A stretch of DNA of 64,000 nt from an uncultured Bacilli bacterium (GTDB taxonomy: Bacteria; Bacillota_I; Bacilli_A; RFN20; CAG-288), in NCBI GenBank assembly GCA_963544395.1, contig CAUUFA010000001.1, positions 66,626 through 130,625 on the forward strand, read 5' to 3'. A program made the translations under genes and the position numbers. Positions 28,454 to 38,095 of the stretch are shown in pieces. The notes beneath the pieces were generated by a model that made no database searches, was not told the origin of the DNA, and was given only the letters and a program-made list of their open reading frames with translations. Numbering within the stretch: the first letter of the stretch is position 1; each line of letters begins with the position of its first letter.

Positions 28454-29590
28454 ATGAATGTTCTTTTACTCTTAGATTCTTTCAAAGGAACCTTAACCTC
28501 GGATGAGGCCAATCAGATCATCGAAGACAGTTTGCATCGTCTTCATCCGGAAATCTTCGTCAAGTCGTACTGTTTTGCTGACGGAGGGGAAGGTACTCTA
28601 TCGGCATGGAAAAACGCGCTCAAAAAACGATGCGAGATTCAACAGGGCGTCGTCAACGGCCCGTTTCCGGGTGAGAAAATGATGGTTTCTTATGGAATCA
28701 TCGATCAGAAAACCATTCTCATAGAGAGTGCCGAGATCATCGGCTTACCGAAAGTCGGTGCAAGGAAGGACCCCGCTTTGACAACAACGTTAGGAATCGG
28801 AGAGCTGATCCGTCAATCTCTTGATGAAGGATTTCGGGATTTCATCCTGAGCCTTGGCGGTTCCTCAACCAACGATCTAGGCAGCGGAATGGCAGCAGGA
28901 CTAGGCGTCCGCTTTTATCATGACGAAGTTCCCTATCTTCCCACAGGCGGAACGTTAGGTCGATGCGACCATATCGACCTCTCCGGACTTGATCCGCGCC
29001 TTTCCTCTTCTCACTTCCTTGTTCTTTCCGACGTGACAAATCCATTGCTAGGAAAAAGAGGCGCTACCTATGTCTATGCTAAACAGAAAGGCGGACATCA
29101 TCTTTCTGAGCTGGAAACTGGTATGCGATCCATGAATCGGCTGCTCACGATAGAAACAAATCAAGATTATTCTCGTCGAAAAGGTGCAGGAGCAGCCGGG
29201 GGATTAGGCTGTGCTTCCTTATACTATCTTCACGCAGACATCGTTAACGGAGCTAAAGCCATCTTATCAGCAATTGATTATGAAACATTGCTAACGAAGA
29301 CCGATCTTGTCATCACGGGAGAAGGAAGAATCGATGAAAGTTCCTTCAATGGCAAAGCGATTTCCGTCATCAGTTCTCTCGCTAAAAAGCATCATGTCCC
29401 TGTCTTTGTCATCGGTGGAAGCATCACTGAGGAAGCGAAAGAAAAATTCTCTTCGTTCGGTATTGTTTCTTCCTTATCCATCGAACAGGAAGACCTTCCC
29501 ATCGAAGCGATTAAGTCTCACGCCTCCGATCATCTGAGATCCCGTTGGGAATCTTATCTGAAACAAGAGATAAATTGTTTCGCTTCATAA
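28454..29590 (+). CDS. glycerate kinase
   Basis: 378 aa. DSFKG...ADGGEGT N-terminal motif and VITGEGRID motif of the glycerate kinase family. Confidence 0.85.
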   Translation: MNVLLLLDSFKGTLTSDEANQIIEDSLHRLHPEIFVKSYCFADGGEGTLSAWKNALKKRCEIQQGVVNGPFPGEKMMVSYGIIDQKTILIESAEIIGLPKVGARKDPALTTTLGIGELIRQSLDEGFRDFILSLGGSSTNDLGSGMAAGLGVRFYHDEVPYLPTGGTLGRCDHIDLSGLDPRLSSSHFLVLSDVTNPLLGKRGATYVYAKQKGGHHLSELETGMRSMNRLLTIETNQDYSRRKGAGAAGGLGCASLYYLHADIVNGAKAILSAIDYETLLTKTDLVITGEGRIDESSFNGKAISVISSLAKKHHVPVFVIGGSITEEAKEKFSSFGIVSSLSIEQEDLPIEAIKSHASDHLRSRWESYLKQEINCFAS

Positions 29591-29629
29591 GCCTTCCTTT
29601 ATAATGCTCCTGTGTTTGGGAGGAATACT

Positions 29630-31063
29630 ATGGACGAAGAAAATACCCTTTATGTCTCATCGCTCTCATCCCGCTACGCATCAGAAGAGATGCAGCGTCT
29701 TTTTTCCGAAACCTACAGAATCACCACGTTCCGCAAGCTATGGGTGATGCTGGCAAAAGAGGAGAAGAAGCTCGGACTATCGATCACCGACGAACAGATT
29801 CAGGAGCTTGAACCCCACGTCGACACCCTCAATCTCGCTGTTGCCAGAGAGAAAGAAAAAGAGATCCGTCACGATGTGATGGCTCAGATCTACGCCTATG
29901 GTTTAGAGTGCCCGAAAGCGAAAGGCATCATCCATCTCGGCGCGACATCCTGCTATGTCGACGATAATGCCGATATAATGATCATGAAAGAAGCTTCCTT
30001 GCTCCTCCTTGCCAAAATAGCTCAGGTCTTGGCCAACCTGAAGTGTTTTGCCTTGAAGTATAAATCTCTCCCTGCTCTTTCCTACACCCACCTTCAGCCC
30101 GCTCAACTGACCACCATCGGCAAAAGAGCAACCCTCTGGATGAACGAACTCATCCTGGATATGAAGAGCCTTCAGTATCAGATCGATCATCTGATGCCGT
30201 TAGGATGCAAAGGAACTACCGGAACCCAAGCATCCTTTGCCGACCTCTTTGATGGCGACTACAGAAAAGCCAAGACGCTGAATGAAAGCATCGTCAGAGA
30301 TATGGGATTTCAGAAAGCCGTTCCTGTCTCCGGTCAGACATACACCCGGAAAGAGGACGCCTACTTGCTTCGCTCTCTTGCCGGCATCGGAGAGAGCGCA
30401 AACAAATTCGCTCAGGACATCCGTATGCTTCAGTCCTTCCGAGAAGCGGAAGAGCCCTTTGAATCCGCACAGGTCGGCTCCTCAGCGATGCCTTACAAAC
30501 GGAACCCGATGCGCTGTGAACGGATCTCCGCTCTCTCTCGGTATCTCATCCTGAATTCCGTCAATTCCGATTTCAATGCCAGCTCCCAGTTCCTCGAGAG
30601 AACTCTTGATGATTCCGCAAACAGAAGACTGACGATCTCCGAATGTTTTCTGACCGCTGATGCCATTCTTAACCTCTATATCAACGTCACCGACGGACTT
30701 GTCGTCAACAAAAAAGTCATCGCTCATCGCGTCCAGGAAAACCTACCTTTCATGGCGAGTGCGAACATCATGATGGAAGCTGTGAAAAAGGGTGGAGACA
30801 GACAGATCCTTCATGAGAGACTACGCGTCTATTCTCAGAAAGCGGCCACGGAAACCAAACAAGGAAAAACCAACCGTCTGCTGGTCTGGATTGAAAAAGA
30901 TCCTCTGTTCCCGCTGACACAAGAAAAGATCAATCATCTTGTTGATGCTAATAAATTCACCGGCTTTGCCGCAGAACAGACATTTCTCTTCATCCGAAAA
31001 GAAGTCGATCCTCTGCTTAGAAAATATCATCAGAAGACGATAAAAGAAACCTTATCGGTTTAA
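29630..31063 (+). CDS. purB: adenylosuccinate lyase
   Basis: Fumarate-lyase signature GSSAMPYKRNP, SLSSRYAS N-terminus. GGGAGG RBS before ATG 29630. Confidence 0.9.
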   Translation: MDEENTLYVSSLSSRYASEEMQRLFSETYRITTFRKLWVMLAKEEKKLGLSITDEQIQELEPHVDTLNLAVAREKEKEIRHDVMAQIYAYGLECPKAKGIIHLGATSCYVDDNADIMIMKEASLLLLAKIAQVLANLKCFALKYKSLPALSYTHLQPAQLTTIGKRATLWMNELILDMKSLQYQIDHLMPLGCKGTTGTQASFADLFDGDYRKAKTLNESIVRDMGFQKAVPVSGQTYTRKEDAYLLRSLAGIGESANKFAQDIRMLQSFREAEEPFESAQVGSSAMPYKRNPMRCERISALSRYLILNSVNSDFNASSQFLERTLDDSANRRLTISECFLTADAILNLYINVTDGLVVNKKVIAHRVQENLPFMASANIMMEAVKKGGDRQILHERLRVYSQKAATETKQGKTNRLLVWIEKDPLFPLTQEKINHLVDANKFTGFAAEQTFLFIRKEVDPLLRKYHQKTIKETLSV

Positions 31064-31145
31064 GTCAGGAGCAACGCAGTAGCACGTTTGACCGACTTTG
31101 AAGAATTCCCAGCAAAAGAGAATGCCGAAGTGATAGAATAAAGTT

Positions 31146-31775
31146 ATGAAACAGGGATTATTGATTATTCTGTCTGGCCCTTCTGGTGTCGGCAAAGGAA
31201 CGTTGACGAAAAAGCTGAAGCGCGAGCATCTGCTCGATGCTGTTTTTCCTGTCTCGCTGACAACGAGACAGAGAAGGCTGAAAGAGACGAACGAAAAAGA
31301 GTATCGTTTCGTCTCTGAAGAGGATTTCCTGCAGCGGATCAAAAACAAGGAATTCCTCGAATACACAAAGTATTGCGGACATTACTACGGCACGCTGAAG
31401 TCCGATGTCGAAGGGGCTTTACAGCGTGGAGAAAACGTTCTGCTTGAGATTGAGACAGAAGGCGCCAAAAACGTCATGGACCTTTATCCGGGCATGTACA
31501 CGCTCGCTGTCTTCCTCGTTCCGCCTACCATCGAAGAGCTAGAGAGAAGAATCCGTCTCCGGCACTCTGAGAGCGAGGAGCAAATTCAGGAACGTATCGA
31601 TCTCGCCAAGAGAGAGCTCACTTGCAAGGAACAGTACGACTGCTGCCTTACCAATTATACCGTGAATAAAACCGCCCTGCGTTTCATGCAGGCTGTCGGC
31701 AGAAGAGTCGCCTATATTGAGGCGAAAGAAAACAACGCACCTACCCCAGAAGGTTACATCATCAAGCGTCCATAG
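31146..31775 (+). CDS. gmk: guanylate kinase
   Basis: P-loop LSGPSGVGKGT, TTR, EY..Y.G.YYGT motifs. Confidence 0.9.
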   Translation: MKQGLLIILSGPSGVGKGTLTKKLKREHLLDAVFPVSLTTRQRRLKETNEKEYRFVSEEDFLQRIKNKEFLEYTKYCGHYYGTLKSDVEGALQRGENVLLEIETEGAKNVMDLYPGMYTLAVFLVPPTIEELERRIRLRHSESEEQIQERIDLAKRELTCKEQYDCCLTNYTVNKTALRFMQAVGRRVAYIEAKENNAPTPEGYIIKRP

Positions 31776-31777
31776 CT

Positions 31778-33994
31778 ATGTTTTATCTTGTGAAGGTTCT
31801 GATCGGAAGAGTTGCGGTCGCTCTCGACCACCCTTTTTCCTACTGGTCTAACGATGATACCATCCACCAAGGTCTGAGAGTCCTGGTTCCTTTCGGTTCC
31901 TCTAAATCCACCATCGCCTTCGTCATCGAAGAGCCGACAGAGACCGAAGGAACACCGGAAGACTACTTCCAATCGACAGGAATCAAACTATCAGAGATCA
32001 TCCGAAAAGTCGATGAGGAACCTCTTCTCGATAACCAACTGATGGATTTGGCAAAGCAAGTGACCCGCTGGTATAAATCCGATTTGATCAAAGTCTTAAG
32101 CGCCTTCCTTCCCTCCTCGCTGAAACCGAAGGAGTCCGCTTTGAAAAAGCCTCAGGGAAAATTTGCGGATTTTGTTTTCGCTCTTCCGGAATCCGGTCAG
32201 TTCATCAGCAAGAACGAAGGGAATCTCTACGACAAGATCGCAAAAGAACCCGATGGTCTGAAACTCAATGTCATCACCGCAAAAGCCTCGTTGAAAAGCT
32301 TGATTGCCAAAGGTCTGGCAGAGGTTAAAAGCGTACCAGTCTCTCGGATTCCTCAGCAGATTGTCAAAGTAATGAAAGATTTCGATCTCACGAAAGAACA
32401 GCAGGATGTTTATGACAAGATCCTCTCTTCCGAAGACCGTATCTTCCTGTTGGAAGGTGTCACAGGCTCCGGAAAGACAGCTGTTTACATCCGCTTGTGC
32501 GAACATTATCTGAAGGAAGATAAAGGGGCACTGGTCTTGATTCCGGAGATTTCTCTCACCGATCGGATGGCGGATCTGTTTGCCTCGTATTTCGGCGATG
32601 CCGTATCGATTCTCAACTCCTCTCTTTCCGATGCCCGGAAATACGACGAGTACCTCCGCATCAACAACGGGGAGGCTAAAGTCGTTCTCGGTACCAGAAG
32701 TGCCGTTTTTGCTCCGATCAGAAACCTCGGCATCATCATCATAGATGAAGAGCATTCAAGTGCCTACAAGCAGGATAACGATCCCTACTATGATGCCATC
32801 ACCATCGCCAAGATGCGGGCAGAGCAGATTGACGGTAAACTCGTTTTAGGTTCAGCTACCCCCCGCATCATCGATAAGGCAAGAGCAGAGAAAGGTCTCT
32901 ACCATCAGTTGTATATGAAGCAAAGGTTCAGCAAGAACCAGGATAAAGACATCATCATGGTCAACATGAACCAGAGCAACGCCTTTGATCCTAGGATCTC
33001 TGCCATGATCTCAACGAGGCTCCAACAGGAGCTTACGAAGAACCTGACAAACCATGAGCAATCGATGATTCTGATCAATCGAAGAGGTTACTCCCCGGTC
33101 TATATATGCCGTGACTGCAACACGACAGCGCTCTGTCCAAACTGCGGCATCCCGCTAAACTACCACAAGAGAGACGACTCGCTGCGCTGCCATCACTGCG
33201 GCTATCGCACGATGACGTATCAGTATCACTGCGAGAACTGTCAGGGAACCTCCTTCACCAGCTTAGGCTACGGAACAGAGAGAGCCTACGAGGAACTGCG
33301 TATGCTTTTCCCGAAAGCGAAAATCACGAGGCTAGACTCAGATATCGGTTCTAAAGAGATCCGGCACGAAGTCCTCTCTGATTTTGCCAGCGGGGAAACC
33401 GATATCATCATCGGCACCCAAGTCATCTCCAAAGGGCATGATTTTCCGAAGGTGACGCTCGCTGCCATCCTCGATGCCGATGCCTCGCTTCGGCTTCCCA
33501 CTTATATGGCGAACGAAGAGACGTTCGATCTCATCTCCCAATTTGTCGGAAGAGCAGGACGAGGTGAAAAAAGAGGCCGGGTCTTGATTCAGTCTTACAA
33601 TCCGAACAACACGGTGATACAATTGGCTGCCAGACAAGACTACGCCACCTTCTACCGCTACGAAATGGAAGAAAGAAAGTCCTACCTGTATCCTCCTTAC
33701 GTCTATCTGACTTCCATCACGATCCGATCGATTGACCGCAAGCGGTCGATGGAGGTGGCTGATCAGGTCAAGCGTTATCTGCTTCAGGAGATCGGAAATC
33801 GGAAATTCAACGTCTATGGTCCAACCTCTCCCTACATTCCGCACATCAACGGCAGATACTATCAGTACATCCTGATCAAATACAAAAACCGGGATGAAGC
33901 CAGCCAGATCCTCGATGGCATCAAAGTGCTTCGCTTAGCCAATAAGGATGCCGAGATTGCCATCAATATGGATCCGGGTTCGGAAAGCATATAA
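31778..33994 (+). CDS. priA: primosomal protein N' (replication restart helicase)
   Basis: 738 aa. Walker A GVTGSGKT, DEEH box, Cys-rich zinc insert (CRDCN..CPNC...CHHCG...CENC). Confidence 0.9.
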   Translation: MFYLVKVLIGRVAVALDHPFSYWSNDDTIHQGLRVLVPFGSSKSTIAFVIEEPTETEGTPEDYFQSTGIKLSEIIRKVDEEPLLDNQLMDLAKQVTRWYKSDLIKVLSAFLPSSLKPKESALKKPQGKFADFVFALPESGQFISKNEGNLYDKIAKEPDGLKLNVITAKASLKSLIAKGLAEVKSVPVSRIPQQIVKVMKDFDLTKEQQDVYDKILSSEDRIFLLEGVTGSGKTAVYIRLCEHYLKEDKGALVLIPEISLTDRMADLFASYFGDAVSILNSSLSDARKYDEYLRINNGEAKVVLGTRSAVFAPIRNLGIIIIDEEHSSAYKQDNDPYYDAITIAKMRAEQIDGKLVLGSATPRIIDKARAEKGLYHQLYMKQRFSKNQDKDIIMVNMNQSNAFDPRISAMISTRLQQELTKNLTNHEQSMILINRRGYSPVYICRDCNTTALCPNCGIPLNYHKRDDSLRCHHCGYRTMTYQYHCENCQGTSFTSLGYGTERAYEELRMLFPKAKITRLDSDIGSKEIRHEVLSDFASGETDIIIGTQVISKGHDFPKVTLAAILDADASLRLPTYMANEETFDLISQFVGRAGRGEKRGRVLIQSYNPNNTVIQLAARQDYATFYRYEMEERKSYLYPPYVYLTSITIRSIDRKRSMEVADQVKRYLLQEIGNRKFNVYGPTSPYIPHINGRYYQYILIKYKNRDEASQILDGIKVLRLANKDAEIAINMDPGSESI

Positions 33995-34012
33995 GCAAAG
34001 GAGATCACAGAC

Positions 34013-34585
34013 ATGATCATCGTTTCAATCTTAGGAATGGACTACTATGAAGCTATCGAGAAGACAGAAGGCCTCCACACCAAGCTATCAGAAGCCTATC
34101 ACATCCCTGACAACCAGCTGGAGTTCTTCGCCCCTCAGTCATTCATCATCCACGACGGCATCGAACAGACCTCTTTCCGCCTCAACATCAAAATCGAAGC
34201 TCCGATCGGAACCGAGGATAAAGAAGCTGAGGTCCGGGACATTCTCTTCGATCACTTTAAAAACACAGCCATCCATATGCGGGTTCTCTTCACCTACTTT
34301 GATCCGGAGCGCGAATATCTCAAAATCGATGATGAATACCCCGAATACATGACGCCGAACAACGTTGTCAAAGCGGAGCGTCAGCATCAGGAAGAGGAAG
34401 AAGAGTCCGCTCAGGAAGAGTTTGAGGAGCAGTACGAAGAGCCTTATATGGGTGATATCATCACTGAGTTCGACAGCTATGTAAAAGATCATCCAAACGC
34501 TTCACCAAATGAGGTTTATGAGGCGATTTCCGGAATCCGGAAAACCGTCAATCAAAAGCATAAAGACGAAAAGAAGAAGAAATAA
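34013..34585 (+). CDS. hypothetical protein with acidic C-terminal half
   Basis: 190-aa ORF behind AAAGGAGA. Coding-like composition; the N-terminal about 100 aa may be tautomerase-like (tentative). Confidence 0.5.
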   Translation: MIIVSILGMDYYEAIEKTEGLHTKLSEAYHIPDNQLEFFAPQSFIIHDGIEQTSFRLNIKIEAPIGTEDKEAEVRDILFDHFKNTAIHMRVLFTYFDPEREYLKIDDEYPEYMTPNNVVKAERQHQEEEEESAQEEFEEQYEEPYMGDIITEFDSYVKDHPNASPNEVYEAISGIRKTVNQKHKDEKKKK

Positions 34586-34606
34586 CAACCTGTCATCGTT
34601 ACATAT

Positions 34607-34641
34607 AAAAAGGATGCCTGTTATGTCAGACATCCTTTTTT
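34607..34641. terminator. bidirectional terminator
   Basis: AAAAAGGATGCCTG...CAGACATCCTTTTTT hairpin between convergent genes. Confidence 0.65.
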
Positions 34642-34661
34642 AATTGAAATTGTTGTTTCGC

Positions 34662-35099
34662 TCAGACTCCCGGACTGGCAATCCCCCCTTCATCTATCAC
34701 ATCATAAGATTCAAAAGAAAAGTCCAAGATGACATCATGATTTTCTTCAATGAGATTCAGTCCGGATAGCTCTAGATGAAGGTGCCTGTCTTCCACATCG
34801 ACTCTCACCGTCTTGTAATTGTCACACTCTTCTCCGATCACGGAGAACTCTTTCGCGCCTTGAAAGAGATAACGGAAGAGATGCCCGTTGAGACCGTCAC
34901 AGCAATCATCGACATCGCCGTGCTTCTGGATTTCTTCATCGGAGAGAAGGGTAGGTTCATCCCCCTCTTCGTGGCAATGTTCGTGCTCTTCAGCATCCGC
35001 AACAACCAGCAGAGAAAGCGTCTCTCCCTTCTTTTCGTAACGGACCAGTTCACAATCCATCAGCAGGTGAAGATCGGCTTGAAGCTCACTTGCCTTCAT
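34662..35099 (-). CDS. hypothetical acidic His/Cys/Asp-rich protein
   Basis: 145 aa. EEHEHCHEEGDE and HGDVDDCCDG clusters. 14-nt overlap with the upstream membrane-protein gene. Confidence 0.5.
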   Translation of the reverse strand: MKASELQADLHLLMDCELVRYEKKGETLSLLVVADAEEHEHCHEEGDEPTLLSDEEIQKHGDVDDCCDGLNGHLFRYLFQGAKEFSVIGEECDNYKTVRVDVEDRHLHLELSGLNLIEENHDVILDFSFESYDVIDEGGIASPGV

Positions 35100-35472
35100 G
35101 AGTCTGCTCCGTTTCTGAGGCTTCGTCTCGGTTCAGAATGACCGTCTTTCCATCGACGATGTCTTTTCGGATCACCTTGTTTTTCTTCTGCTTGCGGAAG
35201 AAAAGATAATAACTCAGAAGAAGGAAGAGCAGCGCCGTCAGCACCCAGTACAGTGAAAGGACAATGATGTCCGCTCTCGTCGGTCCTACCATCTCCGCCT
35301 CTCCGGACTTATAGCTGACAGAGCTATCGCCAAACAAGGTCAGTCCTTGTCCGAGCTTGACAGAAAAGGAGATAGAGAAATAAAGACCGACCAAGAAAAA
35401 CAAAGCCATGAAAGCGATGATGATCCAGTCTTCTCTCGTGAATTTCTTAAAACGTTCAAAGTAAGTTTTCAT
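35086..35472 (-). CDS. hypothetical two-TM membrane protein
   Basis: 128 aa, two clear hydrophobic helices, basic C-terminal tail. No SD; TACAAT lies 9 nt upstream of the ATG. Confidence 0.55.
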   Translation of the reverse strand: MKTYFERFKKFTREDWIIIAFMALFFLVGLYFSISFSVKLGQGLTLFGDSSVSYKSGEAEMVGPTRADIIVLSLYWVLTALLFLLLSYYLFFRKQKKNKVIRKDIVDGKTVILNRDEASETEQTHEGK

Positions 35473-35510
35473 CGTGTTTTAATTGTAACATATACGCTTC
35501 GTTTTCAATA

Positions 35511-35536
35511 CAAAAAGACCAGCTTTCGCCGGTCTT
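35511..35536 (-). terminator. terminator after yebC-like gene
   Basis: On the minus strand: AAGACCGGC-GAAA-GCTGGTCTT followed by TTTG. Confidence 0.65.
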
Positions 35537-35554
35537 ATCGTAACAATTCTAGAA

Positions 35555-36280
35555 TCAGAGTTCTGCGTTGTGGTAGACAGCCTGAACGTCTTCGATTTCA
35601 TCGAAGGCATCCAGCATCTTCTGAAGTTTCTCTTTGTCCTCATCGTTGAGAGCGACAGTGACCTGCGGAACGAAAGTCGCTTCCGAGGTGGAGAAGTCAT
35701 CCTCAGTGATGCTGAGGTCCTTCATCAAGATGTCTCTGGCCTTGTTCAGATCGGAAGGCGTGACCTGAACCACGAACGTGTTCTCATCGTGATCGACAGA
35801 TTGAACATCGACTTCACCCATGATAAGGGCCTCTTCGATCTCCTCTTCCGTGTGATTAGAATCAAAGGAGAGGACGCCCATATAGCTGAAGTTGAAGGCA
35901 GCGCATCCGGAGTTTCCGATGTTTCCGCCATGATGCGTGAACCCGGCTCTGACTGCCGAGAACGCTCTCTTTTCATTATCGGTGAGCGTATCGACCATGA
36001 TGGCGACTCCGCCAGGACCAAAGCCTTCATATCTGCCGGCAACGAAAGCATCGGCATCCTTGCTCTTCGCCTTCTGAATCGCTCTGTCGATGACATCGCG
36101 GGTGACATGCTGAGCCTTCCATTTTTCGATGGCTGATCTCAACGCGAGGTTATCATTGGGATCAGGAACACCCGATTTCGCAGCAAGATAGATTTCCTTG
36201 CTGGCTCTGTTATACAGCGCAGACTTCGCCGCGTTGGTTTGAGCAATTTTCTTCGCTCTGACTTCGTGTGCTCTTCCCAT
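35555..36280 (-). CDS. YebC/PmpR family DNA-binding transcriptional regulator
   Basis: MGRAHEVRAKKIAQTNAAKS... family-typical N-terminus, 241 aa. Confidence 0.9.
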   Translation of the reverse strand: MGRAHEVRAKKIAQTNAAKSALYNRASKEIYLAAKSGVPDPNDNLALRSAIEKWKAQHVTRDVIDRAIQKAKSKDADAFVAGRYEGFGPGGVAIMVDTLTDNEKRAFSAVRAGFTHHGGNIGNSGCAAFNFSYMGVLSFDSNHTEEEIEEALIMGEVDVQSVDHDENTFVVQVTPSDLNKARDILMKDLSITEDDFSTSEATFVPQVTVALNDEDKEKLQKMLDAFDEIEDVQAVYHNAEL

Positions 36281-36436
36281 AGTTTTACCTCTTTCTATAG
36301 TGTATTTCCGTGGTCATAAAAAATGACTTGGTTGGAAAACCGGGTACTATTATAAATAAATCACAAAATATAGACAAGAAAAAATTAGAATACGCCTGAA
36401 ATCAGCGATGAAAAATCTACGATTTTAAGCGAAAAA

Positions 36437-37084
36437 TCAGACGGCAATCGCAGAAAGCCTCTGATGTAGCTCATAGCAGGAAACTTTATTGACTTTAGCG
36501 ATGTGAGCGATCTTATGGTAGATGACTTTGTTGTCATTCTCTAACCCAAAGGCAGCCATCAGCAGCTCCTTGACATGGCTGTCTGGAACGGGTACATCCA
36601 ATAGTCCTGTCGCTTCAAAAAATGCGCAAGTCTTTATGAAATACATGCTGGAAAGAGAGGAAATCTTGCGGAAATTCTGAAGAAAAGCAAAGGCTGTATC
36701 AGCATCGCTGCAGGAGAGATAAAGCTTTTTGGTGAAATCCGCAAGATTCTGAAAATGGCTTAGGTATTTTGCCGACAGACAGGCGGCCTGACAAAGTTTT
36801 TTCACCGGGCTTTTCTTCGCTTCTCCAAAGACGATCAATCCTTCAGAAAGAAGATCTGTATAAGAACCGATTCGTCTGATTTCTATCGGATCGTAATCTT
36901 TAAGAAGTGATTTTATTCTGCTTTCTTTTGAAAACAATTCCAAATCCTTCAAATTCTCGTCCGTGAGTTGAGAAATCACCAAAAGGCGAAGGGCCTGAGA
37001 AAGGGTCTGCACAGTTCTGACTGGTTTGATTTCAACAAATTTCGTCTTTGACATCAAATCCTCGAAAAATTCATTCTCGGTCAT
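36437..37084 (-). CDS. hypothetical protein with HhH-GPD (DNA-glycosylase)-like C-terminal segment
   Basis: 215 aa. FIKTCAFFEATGLLDVPVPDSHV resembles the HhH plus DxHV element of EndoIII/Ogg-type glycosylases (by eye). 14-nt overlap with the upstream gene. Confidence 0.45.
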   Translation of the reverse strand: MTENEFFEDLMSKTKFVEIKPVRTVQTLSQALRLLVISQLTDENLKDLELFSKESRIKSLLKDYDPIEIRRIGSYTDLLSEGLIVFGEAKKSPVKKLCQAACLSAKYLSHFQNLADFTKKLYLSCSDADTAFAFLQNFRKISSLSSMYFIKTCAFFEATGLLDVPVPDSHVKELLMAAFGLENDNKVIYHKIAHIAKVNKVSCYELHQRLSAIAV

Positions 37085-38090
37085 CTTTCACCTCCATGAT
37101 CACTAAGCCTGTATTGCAGTAGAAACTGATGTGATGCGCATCTAAGACATTTGGATTGTTGACTACCTGACCCATGAACCGCTCATCGATGACATGACCA
37201 TCCGAGAAAGAAATGATCTGGAGCTTCTGATAAGCACCCATCGAATCCGAAATCAGAACAATGAAGCGATTTTCGTCCAGAGCTCGCACCCACTCAATCC
37301 GTTCTCGGTAGATTTCCTTGGTCGCTGAAGGATCATCATTGACAAGAGGTAGATTGTTCTCGTAACCGAACATCGAAGAGGAGACGGTCTTTTTCTCATC
37401 CGAAAGAATATCGAACTTGTTCTGTTCCTCGAACTTCTCATCGTAGAGACGGATGCCGATGTCCGTCAGGGTTGCAAGAAGCTTTTTCTGCCCGAAGCAG
37501 ATGATGTCTCTTCCTTTGGTCTGCAGATTTGCTTTCGTCAGCTTGCTATCTGCTTCCATAAGATAACATTCGCCCTGATCCGATAAAGTCATATATTTCC
37601 CTAAAAAGGAAAGATAGGCAAAGTCAGAGAGATGCTCTTTGACAGAGAAACGCTCTTCTTCCTTTAAATCCGGAAACGTCAACCGGCAGATCGAAGACTG
37701 GCTGTTAGAGAGAAAGTCGTCAAAAAAGATCGGGGGAATGGATGGATCCTTCGCCTCATTGATGATGACATAGATGTGCTCCTGATCCGGAGAGATATCC
37801 ATACCCATCAGATAGGCCGGTTTCAAAGCAGTCGGAAGAAACGAACCGACGTTCTTCAGCGAGCTTAGATCATAAACTCGGATGCCAAGCCTGGGATTTC
37901 CTAAGACGGCAAATCTACTATCGTAGGAGAGGAATCCAAACGAGGCACCGAAGAAGTCCAAAAGCGAACGCTTCACTTCGAACGTGACTTTATCTAAAAG
38001 AAAGATGCCCGAGGTATTGACAGCGACATAATCATCTTCCCGACCTAAACAGAAGGTATATTCAGGAAGCATTTTCAACAGAGAGAACAT
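37071..38090 (-). CDS. hypothetical protein, probably beta-rich or repeat-containing
   Basis: 339-aa ORF starting 5 nt after the pip stop. No recognisable motif. Confidence 0.5.
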   Translation of the reverse strand: MFSLLKMLPEYTFCLGREDDYVAVNTSGIFLLDKVTFEVKRSLLDFFGASFGFLSYDSRFAVLGNPRLGIRVYDLSSLKNVGSFLPTALKPAYLMGMDISPDQEHIYVIINEAKDPSIPPIFFDDFLSNSQSSICRLTFPDLKEEERFSVKEHLSDFAYLSFLGKYMTLSDQGECYLMEADSKLTKANLQTKGRDIICFGQKKLLATLTDIGIRLYDEKFEEQNKFDILSDEKKTVSSSMFGYENNLPLVNDDPSATKEIYRERIEWVRALDENRFIVLISDSMGAYQKLQIISFSDGHVIDERFMGQVVNNPNVLDAHHISFYCNTGLVIMEVKDDRE

Positions 38091-38095
38091 ATTTG

